Notes: generated by a model from the letters alone, not told the origin. A stretch of 64,000 nucleotides of DNA from Octopus bimaculoides (GCF_001194135.2 NC_068990.1:71632920-71696919); one strand, 5' to 3'. Positions 50,684-63,467 are shown, counted from the stretch's first letter. A program made the numbers and translations.

Positions 50684-51174
50684 CTGAAAGATTCAATCAT
50701 AATGAAAAATTGCCCAACCACAAGAACTAATGTATCATATCGCAAACCAGTGAGGGAACTTCAAGGAAGCCACTTCAACAAGTTTGATTTGATTTATCAC
50801 AAGATAAATAAAATAATTCAAGTAAAACAATAAGAAAAAATCTATCTTTGAAACATGAATTATTTGAGGGGGCTCCTATATAGATTTTCAAGGATTTTCA
50901 GCTGGATGCAAGAATGAAATGGACACAGCTGTGGTGTTGTGATTACGAAGTTTGTTTCATACCCACATTGTTCTATGTTTGATATCACCACGTCACACCT
51001 ATGTTACACCTATGTTACAAGTATCTTTTACTCTAGTCCTAGATGGACCGATACTTTGTGAGTAAAATTTAGCTGTTGTTGTCTTGTAGTAGGTTAAGTG
51101 CAGGTCTGCGATGATCAAGAAGACACATGATCAAAGGTGCTCAAGCAAGGATTATGTTCATTATTTACATTATT

Positions 51175-51929
51175 TAATGACTGAAACAAGTAAAAGATAT
51201 ATACACACACATACTCACATATCTAAAACAGGCTTCTCCACAGTTTCCACCTCAGTAACAAGAAACCTATGTTGTTTTTAGATATTAACGTGCTAAATGC
51301 TAGAAATATCAGCTAAATCCTCTTAAATTTCACCCTACTACTTTACAAAGGGCTAGGAAACATTAACCAATAGAGGGTTAGATATACAAGGAGGCGGGGA
51401 ACAGCATAATTATAGGTTCTATATTTAAGAGATGAGGAATTATGTACATTATTTACATCCAACGGATATCTGTCCTCATCTTGTTTGTTGTTAACACAAT
51501 GTTTCAGCTGATATATCCTCCAGCCTTCTCAAATGAGAACCCAGGTTTGAAATTTTCCCAAGACACCTGAAGAAGGCTGGAGGGTATATCAGCTGAAACG
51601 TGTTAACAACAAACAAGATGAAGACAAATATCCGTCGAATGTAAATAATGTACATAATTCCTCATCTTTTAAATATAGAACCTATGACTATGCTGTTTTT
51701 TCCCTCCCTTTATATATCTAACCCTCTATTGGTTAATGTTTCCTAGCCCTTTGTAAAGTAGTAGGGTGAAATTTAAGAGGATTTAGCTGATATTTCTAGC
51801 ATTTACCAAGTTAAATATCTAAAAACAACATACGTTTCTTGTTACTGAGTTGGAAACTGTAGAGAAGCTTGTTTTAGATATGTGAGTATGTGTGTGTGTG
51901 TGTATATCTTTTACTTGCATCAGTCATTA
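51175..51929. repeat. 755-bp imperfect palindrome (arms about 355 bp, spacer about 43 bp) with a Penelope-like core
   Basis: 51294-51386 is the exact reverse complement of 51713-51805 (93 bp). The pairing continues outward and inward with scattered mismatches. Confidence 0.92.
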
Positions 51930-52134
51930 GACTGCAGCCATGCTGGGACACTACCTTACATATTTATATTCATCAAAGTATACAGTATTATAGATTCATT
52001 AAAACTGATCTTACTAATCGATTCTACACAGGATATTAGGTCATCAGATTATTTTACAACTGTGCTTGTCAGAGATGACTGGTGTGTGCGTGTATATTTT
52101 TCCCTGTAATTTTGGATTTTGTCCCTAATATTAT

Positions 52135-52172
<38 letters not shown>

Positions 52173-52174
52173 AG

Positions 52175-52400
52175 ATCTTAGTCATGCCCAATGACAGTGT
52201 CACGTCAGTTGCATCTGTGCTGGTGGCATGTAAAAAGTACCCACTATACTATTGGAGTGGTTGGCATTAGGAAGGGCAACCAGCTATAGAAACCATGTCA
52301 AATCAGATTGGAACCTGGTGCAGCTCCCCAGCTTACCAGTTTTTAGTCAAAGCATCCAACCCATGCCAGCATGGAAAAAGGACGTTAACTGATAATGATG
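52175..52400 (+). mobile_element. RTE-tail SINE
   Basis: gtggttggcattaggaagggcaaccagctatagaaacc ... ccatgccagcatggaaaaaggacgttaa motif shared with other copies. Confidence 0.75.
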
Positions 52401-52551
52401 ATTTCTGCTAACAAATTTAGGCTAACACCTGATATTTTGTTATTTCTTTATTATTATAATGAATGCTGAACCCATTATTCATTTACCTCTGCCTACATTG
52501 TGAATAGTTTTATTTTTCTTTCACTGGAATAATTGTGAATTATCCACTTAC

Positions 52552-52613
52552 CAATTTGCAAGATCTAATTTATGTTTCAATCTGGATTGCAAAGCCAAAC
52601 TAGTTTGACACCC
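52552..52613 (-). CDS. Candidate upstream SNTG linker exon (62 nt), GCQTSLALQSRLKHKLDLAN
   Basis: Acceptor caccttttaattcag and donor TG|GTAAGT. Only one frame is open (phase 0 to 2). No homology support. Confidence 0.45.
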
Positions 52614-52910
52614 CTGAATTAAAAGGTGAAGTATCCAAAGAGGGATGACAAGGAAACAGAGAAGTTTAATCCATACATCTAATATTTATACATTTAAGAT
52701 GATGGTCTTATAGATTACTCCTATACATTTGATTATTATCTCCTGATTCACACATCTACTATTAGAGCAGAATTAACTAAGAACACTCAACAAAGGAAAG
52801 GGATGTAACAGAGGCTGCAAGGAAAGAAACAACAACAGTTACAAATCATACACACATCTTAAATACTTAAACTCTCAAGGGATCACAATAATATTAAATA
52901 TAATACAGCT

Positions 52911-53012
52911 AATATTTATCTCCACTTAAACATGGATGTTTTGTTCGAACAGACTAAAATAAACTATAGTTTATTTTAACAGAACATCCATGTTTAAGTG
53001 GGGATAAATATT
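52911..53012. repeat. 102-bp hairpin (MITE-like)
   Basis: 35-bp arms aatatttatctccacttaaacatggatgttttgtt and its reverse complement (2 mismatches), around a perfect 22-bp palindrome aaaataaactatagtttatttt. Confidence 0.85.
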
Positions 53013-53614
53013 TCCCCTTGGTATTAATACTTCCGCTGTCACAAATATATATGCAACTTAATCTTGGCAAATATGTTGAATATTAAGCCTATGGGAAACA
53101 GATAAAAATTATAATTAGACTAAAACTAAACCAATATTCAACACAAGCCTTCATAATGCCAACCACTTCATAGAGTGAACTGGGTGATTTCTTTATTTGT
53201 AGCACTAGCAGTAGTGAGATCCCCATGTAACTCACAAGACTAAAGGACTTCCTTCAGTGAGTGGAAGTATAGTAAAAAGGAAAGTGGCTTTGTGCTAGAT
53301 TTTGAGAGGTTAAAGTATGATAGTATTGAGAAGGAAAAGGTTTGTTGCTGGTGTAGCTGATTCGCCTTATATAAGAGTGGGTGAGTGTAGTTGGAGTGCA
53401 ACTGGAAAGAGAAATAAAGATGTAGGTGTCAGAGTGTACACTCAAGGTATAAGAACATGAAAAGGAAGAGAGTGTAGGGGAGAGTAAGAGATGGTTAGAG
53501 ATATGGGTAGAAACACCCAGAAAACATCACAAAATATCAGTGGTATATCATTTAACCCTTACAGAATGATCAGTCTCACTCTGCTACAAAGAAGGAATGA
53601 TTCCTTCAAACATA

Positions 53615-55020
53615 TCTATATATAAGAGAGAAGCCTATTTGTGTGTGTATATATGTGTATATACACACACACACACATATATATATATAATATAAATCCT
53701 GTTCTGTCTGTGTGTGTAAAAAATTATAACTGGAAACATACATTACTTATGTTCTAGGGGTAGTTTTAGACTCTTAAAATTTTTCACATAATGACTAACA
53801 CCCAGTCTGGAGTTACGTGGGGAAGGGAGGTAACTCTTTGTGAAGTAACTTTCAGAAATTGATGGTTTCTCATATCCATTGGTCATAAAAAACAAAAAAT
53901 ATTGATTTTGTATTAGATTCACATCTTTGAAAGTTTAAAAAAATATTTACTTCCAGTTTTCTTGCGTCAATGATGTCTATATCTCTCTATCTCTATCTAT
54001 CACACTGTATCTATCTGTCTATATCTTATTTGTCTAACTAGCTAGCTCTCCCCACCTCTTTTTTCGTTAGTCTGTAATTTACTGACAGAAGTAACTTCAA
54101 AAATTTCACTTAAATCCATACACTTAGTTAATTTCCCTAAAAATTTCCTATTTCCTTTTGCAACGGTTTTGTGTTTTTTTTTTGTTGTTAATGGCTTTTT
54201 TTGGTTCCTTCGACACTGGCTCCTTGGTTCACTAAGTGACAAATTTCACTTCAACTCGTACAGTTCTTTATTTTCCGTAAAAATTTCTTATTTACTTTCT
54301 GCCCACTGTATTAAGAAATATAATTTCCGTTACCCAGTTATTTTCATTGTCTACTATCTTCTGCACCCATGTATTTCTGTATACATATATAACCATGCCT
54401 AGAAGGAAAGTGTCAAATTTGTCTACAATGTCAAGGTCAGCCAAAAGAATGTCTCTGTCCAGGGAAAGAGAGACAGCTGCAGAAAGGGAAGCATACCAAG
54501 AAACGAACAGACTGTGCACTGCAAAAGCCAGAGCATCTCAAAGTGATGAACAGAAGTATGCACGGCTGACAAGGAATAGGATCTCCACTGCAGAATGAAG
54601 AGCAGTTGTAACAGCTCAAGGAAGTATCTTCCATGAAGCAGCTTTCAATTATGATCCAGCAGTTCATTATGCAGATGACACTAGAGTTTCCACTGGTGCA
54701 ATGACAACTGAGTGCATACATTGTAAAGCAAAAAAGTGGCCTGGAGAAACACCTGCACTGTACTGCAGTGGTGAAAAGGTTAAACTCCCTGCAATCCCTA
54801 ACCTACAGAGCCATTGAAGAAACTGTTGTCATCAACTAACCAAGATTCCAAGCACTTTAAAATAAAATTAGACGATACAACACTGCACTACAGATGACAT
54901 CATTTGGAGCCACAAGAGATTTAACTGAGCCAGAATTCATGCAAACTTTCAAGATGCAAGGTCAGATTTATCACTAGATTGGCTCTCTACTACCTCTGTC
55001 AAATGAATCACCAAAATCGA
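53615..55020 (+). mobile_element. Helitron, 5' part with decayed RepHel N-terminus
   Basis: A|TCTATATATAAG start. 54374-55010 reads MPRRK...AAFNYDP...CIHCKAKKWPGET..CSGEKVKLP..IRRYNTALQMTSFGA..FMQTFKMQGQIYH*IGSLLP, the conserved Helitron zinc-finger-like and YNxxFQMTSFG motifs. No Rep or helicase domain follows. Confidence 0.85.
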
Positions 55021-56269
55021 CCTTTTATTGTTAATAATCAGTACCTGTGTTTTGGTTATGAAATAAGCTACACAAAACGTGTTTTTGAATTATGTGTATT
55101 TACTTTATATACATGAGTTGAAAACTTTCTTTTAACATTTCATTTAACATCTTTGTTCCATGCTGGCATGGGTTGGAGAGTTATTAATACAGAAAGTTGG
55201 TATCTCAGCTACTAGCAGTTGAGACCTGTGTAATTTAGATGGCGTTTTTAAATTTCATTATTCTCTTTAACCTGGGTAACGCAGGTATGGAAAAGTGGAT
55301 ATTAAATGAAGATGCTGATTACTTTAGTGAAAGGCAGATATTTTTATAGAATTCTGAGAATGACAACACTTCTTTTTTCATTTGCATCTCATAAAAATTT
55401 TAAATACCTCTGATTTTTTTACTGTAATATTGAATAATTAAGCTTCATCTCCAAAGAGTTAAAGACAAAAAGAAAATTAAATAAAAAGACATTGGAAATG
55501 TGGTCTCTCTCTCCCTCTCTCTCTCACTTTCATAGAAATGGTGTACTGGTTCCTAACACTACCTCAAAGATAGAAAGAGATGTTATATTAGTTCCTTTGA
55601 CATATAGTTTTTTTTTTTTTTACCTCACTTGTTTCAATCATTAGACTGTGGCCATGATGGGACACTGCCCTTCAAGAATTGACTCCCATTGAAACCAACA
55701 TGACTGATTCAAATAAGGTTGCTTACAAATGGATCAATTCCAGTACTCATTTTTTATATTAAACCTGGTACTTTTTCTATTAATCTCTTTTGCCAAACCG
55801 CTAAGTTACAGGGATGTAAACATGCCAAAACCAATTTCAAGCAGAGGTGGGGGACAAACACAGACACACACACACGTGTATAATATATACATATATCATA
55901 ATAATATACAAACATATATATCATAATAATATACATACATATACATTGTTATATGTAGTCTAGTTGAACTGTTCGAAGCTATGGTACCAGGGTAAAATGG
56001 TAATGTCACTAAAGGGGAGTAACTACAAAAATAGAAACTGAGAAACAAATTACTGTGACAGGACCAAGTTGGGTGAACAATAATGAACAAAATGCTCACA
56101 AAAATGAGCAAGACAGACGAGGAAAACAGTCCAACTAAACCATATATAATGATTAAACCACTAACAAAATACAGACAGGAAACATCACATTTATTATTCA
56201 TCCGTTATTGACATAAATAGAAATATTTTCCAAATTATAGTGAAAAACTTAGCATTGTTGTACTTTGTT

Positions 56270-57760
56270 TTATAACTTTTGCAATATTTGCAACAAGTAA
56301 ATCGTTGTAAAGACAAAAATGTCTGTCAATCTTGACCTAGTTTTCAAGTTTATTATTTTCATTCTAGAAGTTGTTCACATGTATACATACAATCAAATAT
56401 GGTGGCATATCGTATAGTAAAAAAAACATACCATTTCGGGGGTAGTTTCCTTCAGAAAGGGTTTCATAAAACCTCATTGTACATCTATCTTTTTGCCAAA
56501 GAAATTCATCAATTTGAAGCTCAATTATTTCCATTTACAGTTCTCTTTAATGCTATCTTTTCAACATTACCATTATGGATTCCCAGAAGGGTTCAGCTTC
56601 TTTAACTTTGAAGTCCTTAGATCTGGCATTTAGTTCTTTTTTGAACACATTTAAATCCACAGACTCCCTGTAAATGACTAATGAGGGAAAATGGAAAGTG
56701 TCACCGGTCCTGACTTGATTCTCCTAACTTTGAAGTTATTTTTCTTCAAAATCTTTGACACAAGAGTACATCTCATGAATCAACTGATTTTGCTTACACC
56801 TAGCCTTCGTGCGGGTGACACGTAAAAGCACCCACTACACTCTCTGAGTGGTTGGCGTTAGGAAGGGCATCCAGCTGTAGAAACTCTGCCAAATCAGATT
56901 AGAGCCTGGTGTTGCCATCCGGTTTCACCAGTCCTCAGTCAAATCGTCCAACCCATGCTAGCATGGAAAGCAGACGTTAAACGATGATGATGATGATAAT
57001 GAACTTTAAATTGAGATCATTTAAATGGCTTGTGTTATTTATGAGAAATGCAAGGTCAGAAATCCAGCAATCCTGCTTCAGCTTAGGACAAATTTATTCC
57101 TCAATTCTAAGAAGGTGCATACTTCTTCTCTGAGGTTATAAAAGCAGTGAAGCACCTTCATTTTACTTAGCTGGTGAACTGCATAGTAGTAAACCATAAT
57201 TGCCACACTCTGATTCAAGTTCTTCTAAGAACTCTTTAAAATGGTGATTGCTAAGTACTTGGCATTTTATAAAATTTATGATGGAAGCAACTACATGCAT
57301 AACATTCTCAAAATTTACAAACTTAAAATACCATTTTTTTTTTTATGAATTATGTAATGAATCATTGCAAAGTCACTGTTTATTAACTTCAAAGAAGTTA
57401 TTTCACATTTTAATTTGGATAGAAAGCCTGTCTTGGGCCAAGCTATTGCAAGGGCCCTATCTGTCACTACAGTGGTGACCCTTTCAACCAGGAGATTCAA
57501 CTTTGTTCTAATTCTCTTTGCTTCTTCATAAATGCTATATCCTGTAACAGAGTCTTCCATAGTCTGAACAGTAATTCTATGAGGATATTAAATTATTCAT
57601 CAATACCACATATAAAAGTTACCAGTTGATTTCCACAAACAAGCAATAATTTGACCACTTTCCATGGAATTTTCTCATTTCTTCAGAAATCTTTTGTTTT
57701 TTGGTGTGTGTGTGGGGTGGGTGGGTGGATAGTGAAAACACAAGTTGTGATATAAAAAAT
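56270..57760 (-). mobile_element. Decayed hAT transposase, Buster/SPIN (GTF2IRD2-like) type, interrupted by a SINE
   Basis: Minus-strand remnants in the expected order: QLVTFICGIDE, TGYSIYEEAK..VTTVVTDRA..MIHYIIH, HFKEFLEELESE, WISDLAFLINNTSHLNDLNLKF, ELQMEIIELQ, TYTCEQLL..RSRLTD. Confidence 0.8.
56803..56997 (+). mobile_element. Young RTE-tail SINE inserted in the hAT remnant
   Basis: CpG-rich with a (GAT)n tail. Nearly identical to the reverse complement of about 23900-23995. Confidence 0.85.
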
Positions 57761-59061
57761 TAAATTTTAAAAAGCATTTATTATTGATTTTAATGTTCAA
57801 TTTCTATTTATAACTATGCATGGTAATGCTATGCGATATGCCTGACAATACTTTGTGATATGCACATGTAACTACATTTGTTGAATTATTGCAACAAGTC
57901 AGTGTAAGTGGTGGAAACAGAAACTGAACATTAAATCAATAATTTTTGCTCACTTATGTAGTGTCCTGAGTAGATATGTCATTTTAAGGATCTTGAATGT
58001 TTGGATGGTTGAAAATTCTCACTGAAGCACATTGAAAATTACACAGATGACTGATGAAGGTGAATATTTTTATTTTTCTAATTGGTGTAGCAACACAACA
58101 GGTATTAATAACTTAAGCACATTAGTAGGGCATTTGATAGTTATTCCCCTTTGACACCAGCTTCCACAACCCCTTTGAGTGAGGGAGAGAGTATGAATGA
58201 ACAAGTGGGAAGGGAATGAAAAACAATATTTTTTAATGGACATTATTTTCTTCAAAGTAGGTATGTCGTTCAGAAGGCTGCAGTTTGCCATAATTGATCA
58301 ACATATTACCTCATATGCTCCAGACAATACCAATATAATTCCATATCTCATAAGACATACTGTAGACCACAATCTTATATGAAAATATGACCCTGTTGTA
58401 AATATACTCATAAAACCACTAGCTCATGTATAAAGTGAAGTATGTGTGTGTTAGTGTGTAACTGTGCGTGAGAGTGTATATGAAGAGAGTCAATTAAGGC
58501 TAGTGAGCACTTATTCAAAACACTATTTATGCGTACACATACAAATATATACTCAAACAGGCATATACATATACATACATATCACATACATATGAAGGAA
58601 GATGGGGAAAAATGCTAGTTTGAATAGACTTATACATCCTTTGTCTAGATAAATATTTTATATATGGATGATATATAGGCATATGTGTATGTGTTTGTGA
58701 GACAGTAGTCAAGCTTATAGGTAAATTCCAAATTGCCTCTCTCTCTGGAATTGGTTCTTACCACAATTTCTTTTTTGTCTATCCTCTTTTTCCAGTTTCT
58801 CCTATCCAAAGAAGAGCAATTTTNNNNNNNNNNNNNNNNNNNNNNNNNNNNNNNNNNNNNNNNNNNNNNNNNNNNNNNNNNNNNNNNNNNNNNNNNNNNN
58901 NNNNNNNNNNNNNNNNNNNNNNNNNNNNNNNNNNNNNNNNNNNNNNNNNNNNNNNNNNNNNNNNNNNNNNNNNNNNNNNNNNNNNNNNNNNNNNNNNNNN
59001 NNNNNNNNNNNNNNNNNNNNNNNNNNNNNNNNNNNNNNNNNNNNNNNNNNNNNNNNNNNNN

Positions 59062-59113
<52 letters not shown>

Positions 59114-59327
59114 TCGTACACCCATACTCACACACACAAAATGTCATGCTAACCACGTCCATATTAAAAACAATCTCAATACCTACATAATGTTGGATTT
59201 TTTTCATACATACATACAGGCACACACATGTAACTGTACATGCCTATATATATATGTGATGTGTGTGTGTATACAGATACATAGATGAACACACAAACAT
59301 ACATAGATATATATGTATGTGTGTGTG

Positions 59328-59364
<37 letters not shown>

Positions 59365-59374
59365 GTAGATAGAT
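59328..59374. repeat. (GATA)n microsatellite
   Basis: Seen directly. Confidence 0.9.
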
Positions 59375-60709
59375 AGAGAAATGAACACAAAGATACAAAG
59401 ATACATATGTAAATATACATATGTATGGGGACATAACAGAAATATCAAAGGGTTGTTGTCTCAGAATGAATGTAAAAATGATCGGCGATTTCATTCGTAG
59501 CCAAAACAAAGTTATAAATATGACCTTTGACATTGCGGTCATTATCGATCGTGTGAAATCTAACATGACTGCCTTTGACACGCCTCACAATATTTGTGGA
59601 GTAAAGAATAGCTTAGGCCACTCTGAACATTATTTGAAAAGATAAAAGAGAGATACTATGAATTACAATTTTATTACTGATGCAATTTAAAGAGTTGTCA
59701 ATTAAATAGCCTGTATGAGTGGAATAAACACACACAGGCATACACACATAGACAATGCAAACAAGAAGACAATGAAACAAATCAAAAGATATATATTAAA
59801 ATAAATACATATTTAAATACACTAGAGATCATCAGTGATAGGAAGACTATATTTAGGATTGTTGCTTCTTTTATATACAATGTTATTATCTGAAAATGTA
59901 GTTATTATTATTAAATGTAGTTACTACAAAATGTGGTTATCACAAAATGTGATTATCAAAGTAAAAGTATGAAGAGCAGCAAAACAAACAGGATCGAATA
60001 CACTGTCAGACAAAAAGAGTATTCCTGTGTGAACTAAACTTGACACAAAGTGCTCAAATGGTACTGAATTTAATATTTAGAATCATTTTAAATTCATGGA
60101 ACGGTTTTTATATATAGATATTTCTCAAAATGTATGAAGTTATCTTTTTGTGGAATAGCTTACGAGAGTGTTGAATAAAATCTGTAGAGAAATATTATAG
60201 TTTGACTGTTTGATTCTAAATAAATAACAAAGAAATCAAGAGAATATGTGTATGTATATATATATATATATATATATATAGGACGGATCCCTCAATCATA
60301 AAATCACGTGGAGATGCATTTGATTAAAACCGGAATAATGAACTTAAACAGCACCCATCCTACATCCCCTTACAGGAAGACCAACACAACTTCAATTAAA
60401 ACGTAAGGCTTTCTTTACCTATCGTTATTATTACACCACCATATACATTAATATACCCACCAATCACTTCTCATACATCCCTCGCACCACGAACTCTTAA
60501 CATACTCCTCAACATTCTGATGAGATCTGCCAAACCATTGGCTAGATTGAAACGTACGTAAATGACTATTACATAACATTCACAATGACTCACTACATAA
60601 CCTCAACCTCCACAATGACTCATTACATAACCTCCACACAATAAAACAACGGCTAACTAGTCCAACAGAATTGCTTCTTCTTGTATTTGTTGCTCCATTC
60701 TCCACATAA

Positions 60710-60746
<37 letters not shown>

Positions 60747-61879
60747 AATATATACACATACATATATACACATCCATGCAAACAGATAGACAGGCAGACA
60801 AAAGATACATAAATAAAGAGATCAAAATAAGTACATACTAAATAGCCAAATAGCCAAACTTAGCTTGAGTTTCACACTTTAGCAGTGTTTATCAATGGAA
60901 AAAAAACTTTCATTTTCAGAATGTCATGTCTTTTATACATGCTGTAATTATCACGAAATGTGGAAAGAAAGTGAAGCAAAATTAATCGATTTTACACCTT
61001 AGATTCATTATCAACTGAGGACTTTGGAAAATCTCTATTTACTGTGACCGTATATTCAGTCCAATTTGTTATGCACTGGTTTGTTTTCATTGTGATAACT
61101 GCCACATGTATAATGGAAATGACATTCCTAAATATAGACTTTCTTTCACAAATAAACTGTTAAAGTGTAAAAGTAAAATTTGAGTCTAGGTATTTAATAT
61201 GGACTTATACTACTGTCTCTTGTGATTTGTTTTTGCTTGATTATTTACATTATTTAACACTTTAGCATTTAAAATTTCTGTATCTGGTCTAAATAATCTA
61301 TCAGTTTTATGCTCAAACCAGCCAAATGTGACCTCTCACACTCACCCCACAATCTCACTCTCATAATAAACATCCACATCCTCAAAATCTTGAAGCTATG
61401 AGATAACCCATAAATAATTAAAAAAACAATGTGAATAAGCATTAAATTTGATAATAATCTCAATGATAAAAGGTTTACTCATTAGCATTTAAGCTGGCAA
61501 TATATGGCCCAAATATTCTTCTACTGGTTTTATTTCAAACTGGTCAGATCTGGCCTCTCACACCTATTCTCCAAGGTCATTGTAAAAATAAACAATCACA
61601 TCATCAAAGTCTCGAAGCTATGAGATAATGCATAATGAATGGCTTAAAATTTTGGCGCAAGGCCAGCAAATTTGGGGGAGGGGATAAGTAAATTACATCA
61701 GCACCTAGTGCTCAACAGGTACTTATTTTATTGACTCCAAAAGAATGAAAGATGAAGTTGATCTCGGTGAAATATGAAATCAGAACATAAGGACAAACAA
61801 AGTGCCGCTAAGCATTTTGCATCATGTGCTAACTGTTCAACCAGCTCACCATTTTGAGATAATGCATAATTAATTCAAA

Positions 61880-62140
61880 GCGATCATCATCATCATCATC
61901 ATCATCATCCTTTAACGTTCGTTTTCCATGCTGGTATGGGTGGATGGTTTGACTGAAGACTGGTAAACTGGGGAGCTGCACCAGGTTCCAATCTGATTTG
62001 GCATGGTTTCTATGGCTAGATGCCATTCCTAATGCCAACCACTCCATGAGTGCAGTAGGTGCTTTTTATGTGCCACCAGCATGGGTACCAGTTACATAAA
62101 ACTGGCATCAGCCACAACTACGATCTCACTTGACTTGACA
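61880..62140 (-). mobile_element. RTE-tail SINE
   Basis: (CAT)n followed by tttaacgttcgttttccatgctggtatggg..., the reverse complement of the family tail. Confidence 0.75.
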
Positions 62141-62199
62141 GGTCTTTTCAAGCATGGTATATAGCTGAAAGTCTCTGATGCTAGAGGGTGAAAGCTGGT

Positions 62200-63380
62200 G
62201 CTTTGAAGAGATACTAGAATGTGATCTTTGTTTTCTATAGACTGATGGTAAGTCCAAAAGCAATACAAGCTCTAAAGAAGAGATCCAATATAGCCAGCAT
62301 GTCCTCTTCGGTGTGAGCAATGAGAACTATATCATCAGCATAAAGGAGCTCTCGAACAAGGGCCTGGAATGTCTTCAACTCTGCATTAAAGTGCTTAACA
62401 TCCAAGGCTTTACCTGTGGCTCTGAAGCAAATATAAACGCTGATAACACAGTCATGGAAAGTGTGCAAGATAGTTACAGCAAAATATACGGAAAAAAAGT
62501 GTTGGAGCAGCAATATCACTATGTTTAACTCTGTTATCGATGGAAATTGGTTCCGATAGTGACTCATTGAAGTTAAGACAAGCTTTCATATCACTATGAA
62601 GTTGCTTAAACAAACTGACAAATTGAAGTGAACATCCAAGTTTACCAAGAATGGTCCAGAGAATGGTCCTATTAACAGTGTTGAAGGTTTTTGTTAAATC
62701 GACAAATACCTGATGAAGAGCCATGCAATGTTTGATGTACTTCTCTGGGAGTTGATGAGCAGAAAAAAATGATGTCCATTGTGCCATGATTTGATCTAAA
62801 ACCACACTGACTCTCCAGGATGACAGAGGGGCATATCCACATTGTTAGCTGATTAAGTAAAAGTTTTGCAAAAACATTACTGACTATTTCAAGCAGGCTT
62901 ATACCTCTGTAATTGCCACACTCAGATTTGGATCCTTTTCCTTTGAACAATGAAATTAAAATGGCATCATCCCAGTCCTAGGGAACAGGAGCACCCAACC
63001 AGATGTCTGATATTAGATGGTGGATCTCTACAGCAAGCCTATTACACTTGTGGAGGAGAATTTCAACAGGAATGCCGTCAAGACCTGGTGCCTTCCCAGT
63101 ATTTAATTCTTTGGTTGTCTTTTTGATCTCATCTATAGTTGGATGTTCCATCATCTCATGAATGATATCCTTTTGGGGCAGATTACTGATGATACTTTCA
63201 TCAATAACTGAAGGATTATAAAAGAGATCAGTGAAGTGCTGGGTCCAACGTTTCATGAGACCCTCGTGATCCTTGAAGAGAAAGCAGCTGTCTTTAGACT
63301 TGAGTGGTACCACAAATGAAGACCGAGGACCAAACACTTGTCCAATCAAGTGATATACTGTTTTCAGGTCTTTACTGTTA
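62200..63380 (-). mobile_element. RTE/BovB-like LINE, reverse transcriptase region, frameshifted
   Basis: ORFs 62978-63349, 62672-62950, 62452-62805 and 62235-62567 give GKAPGLDGIPVE, NYRGISLL, SQCGFR, VFVDLTKTFNTV and ELLYADD. Confidence 0.93.
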
Positions 63381-63467
63381 TATGCTTTCTGTTTTTCTTT
63401 TGTTGTATCTTTCTTTGGAGTGATGATTTTATCCTTTTGAAAGACAGAAGTAAGGGCTTTTTATCCT

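Noticed and set aside
56571-56667. Minus-strand open segment with AG/GT ends (ESVDLNVFKKELNARSKDFK...) as a syntrophin exon
   Set aside because: It is collinear with the surrounding hAT transposase remnant, which explains the open frame.
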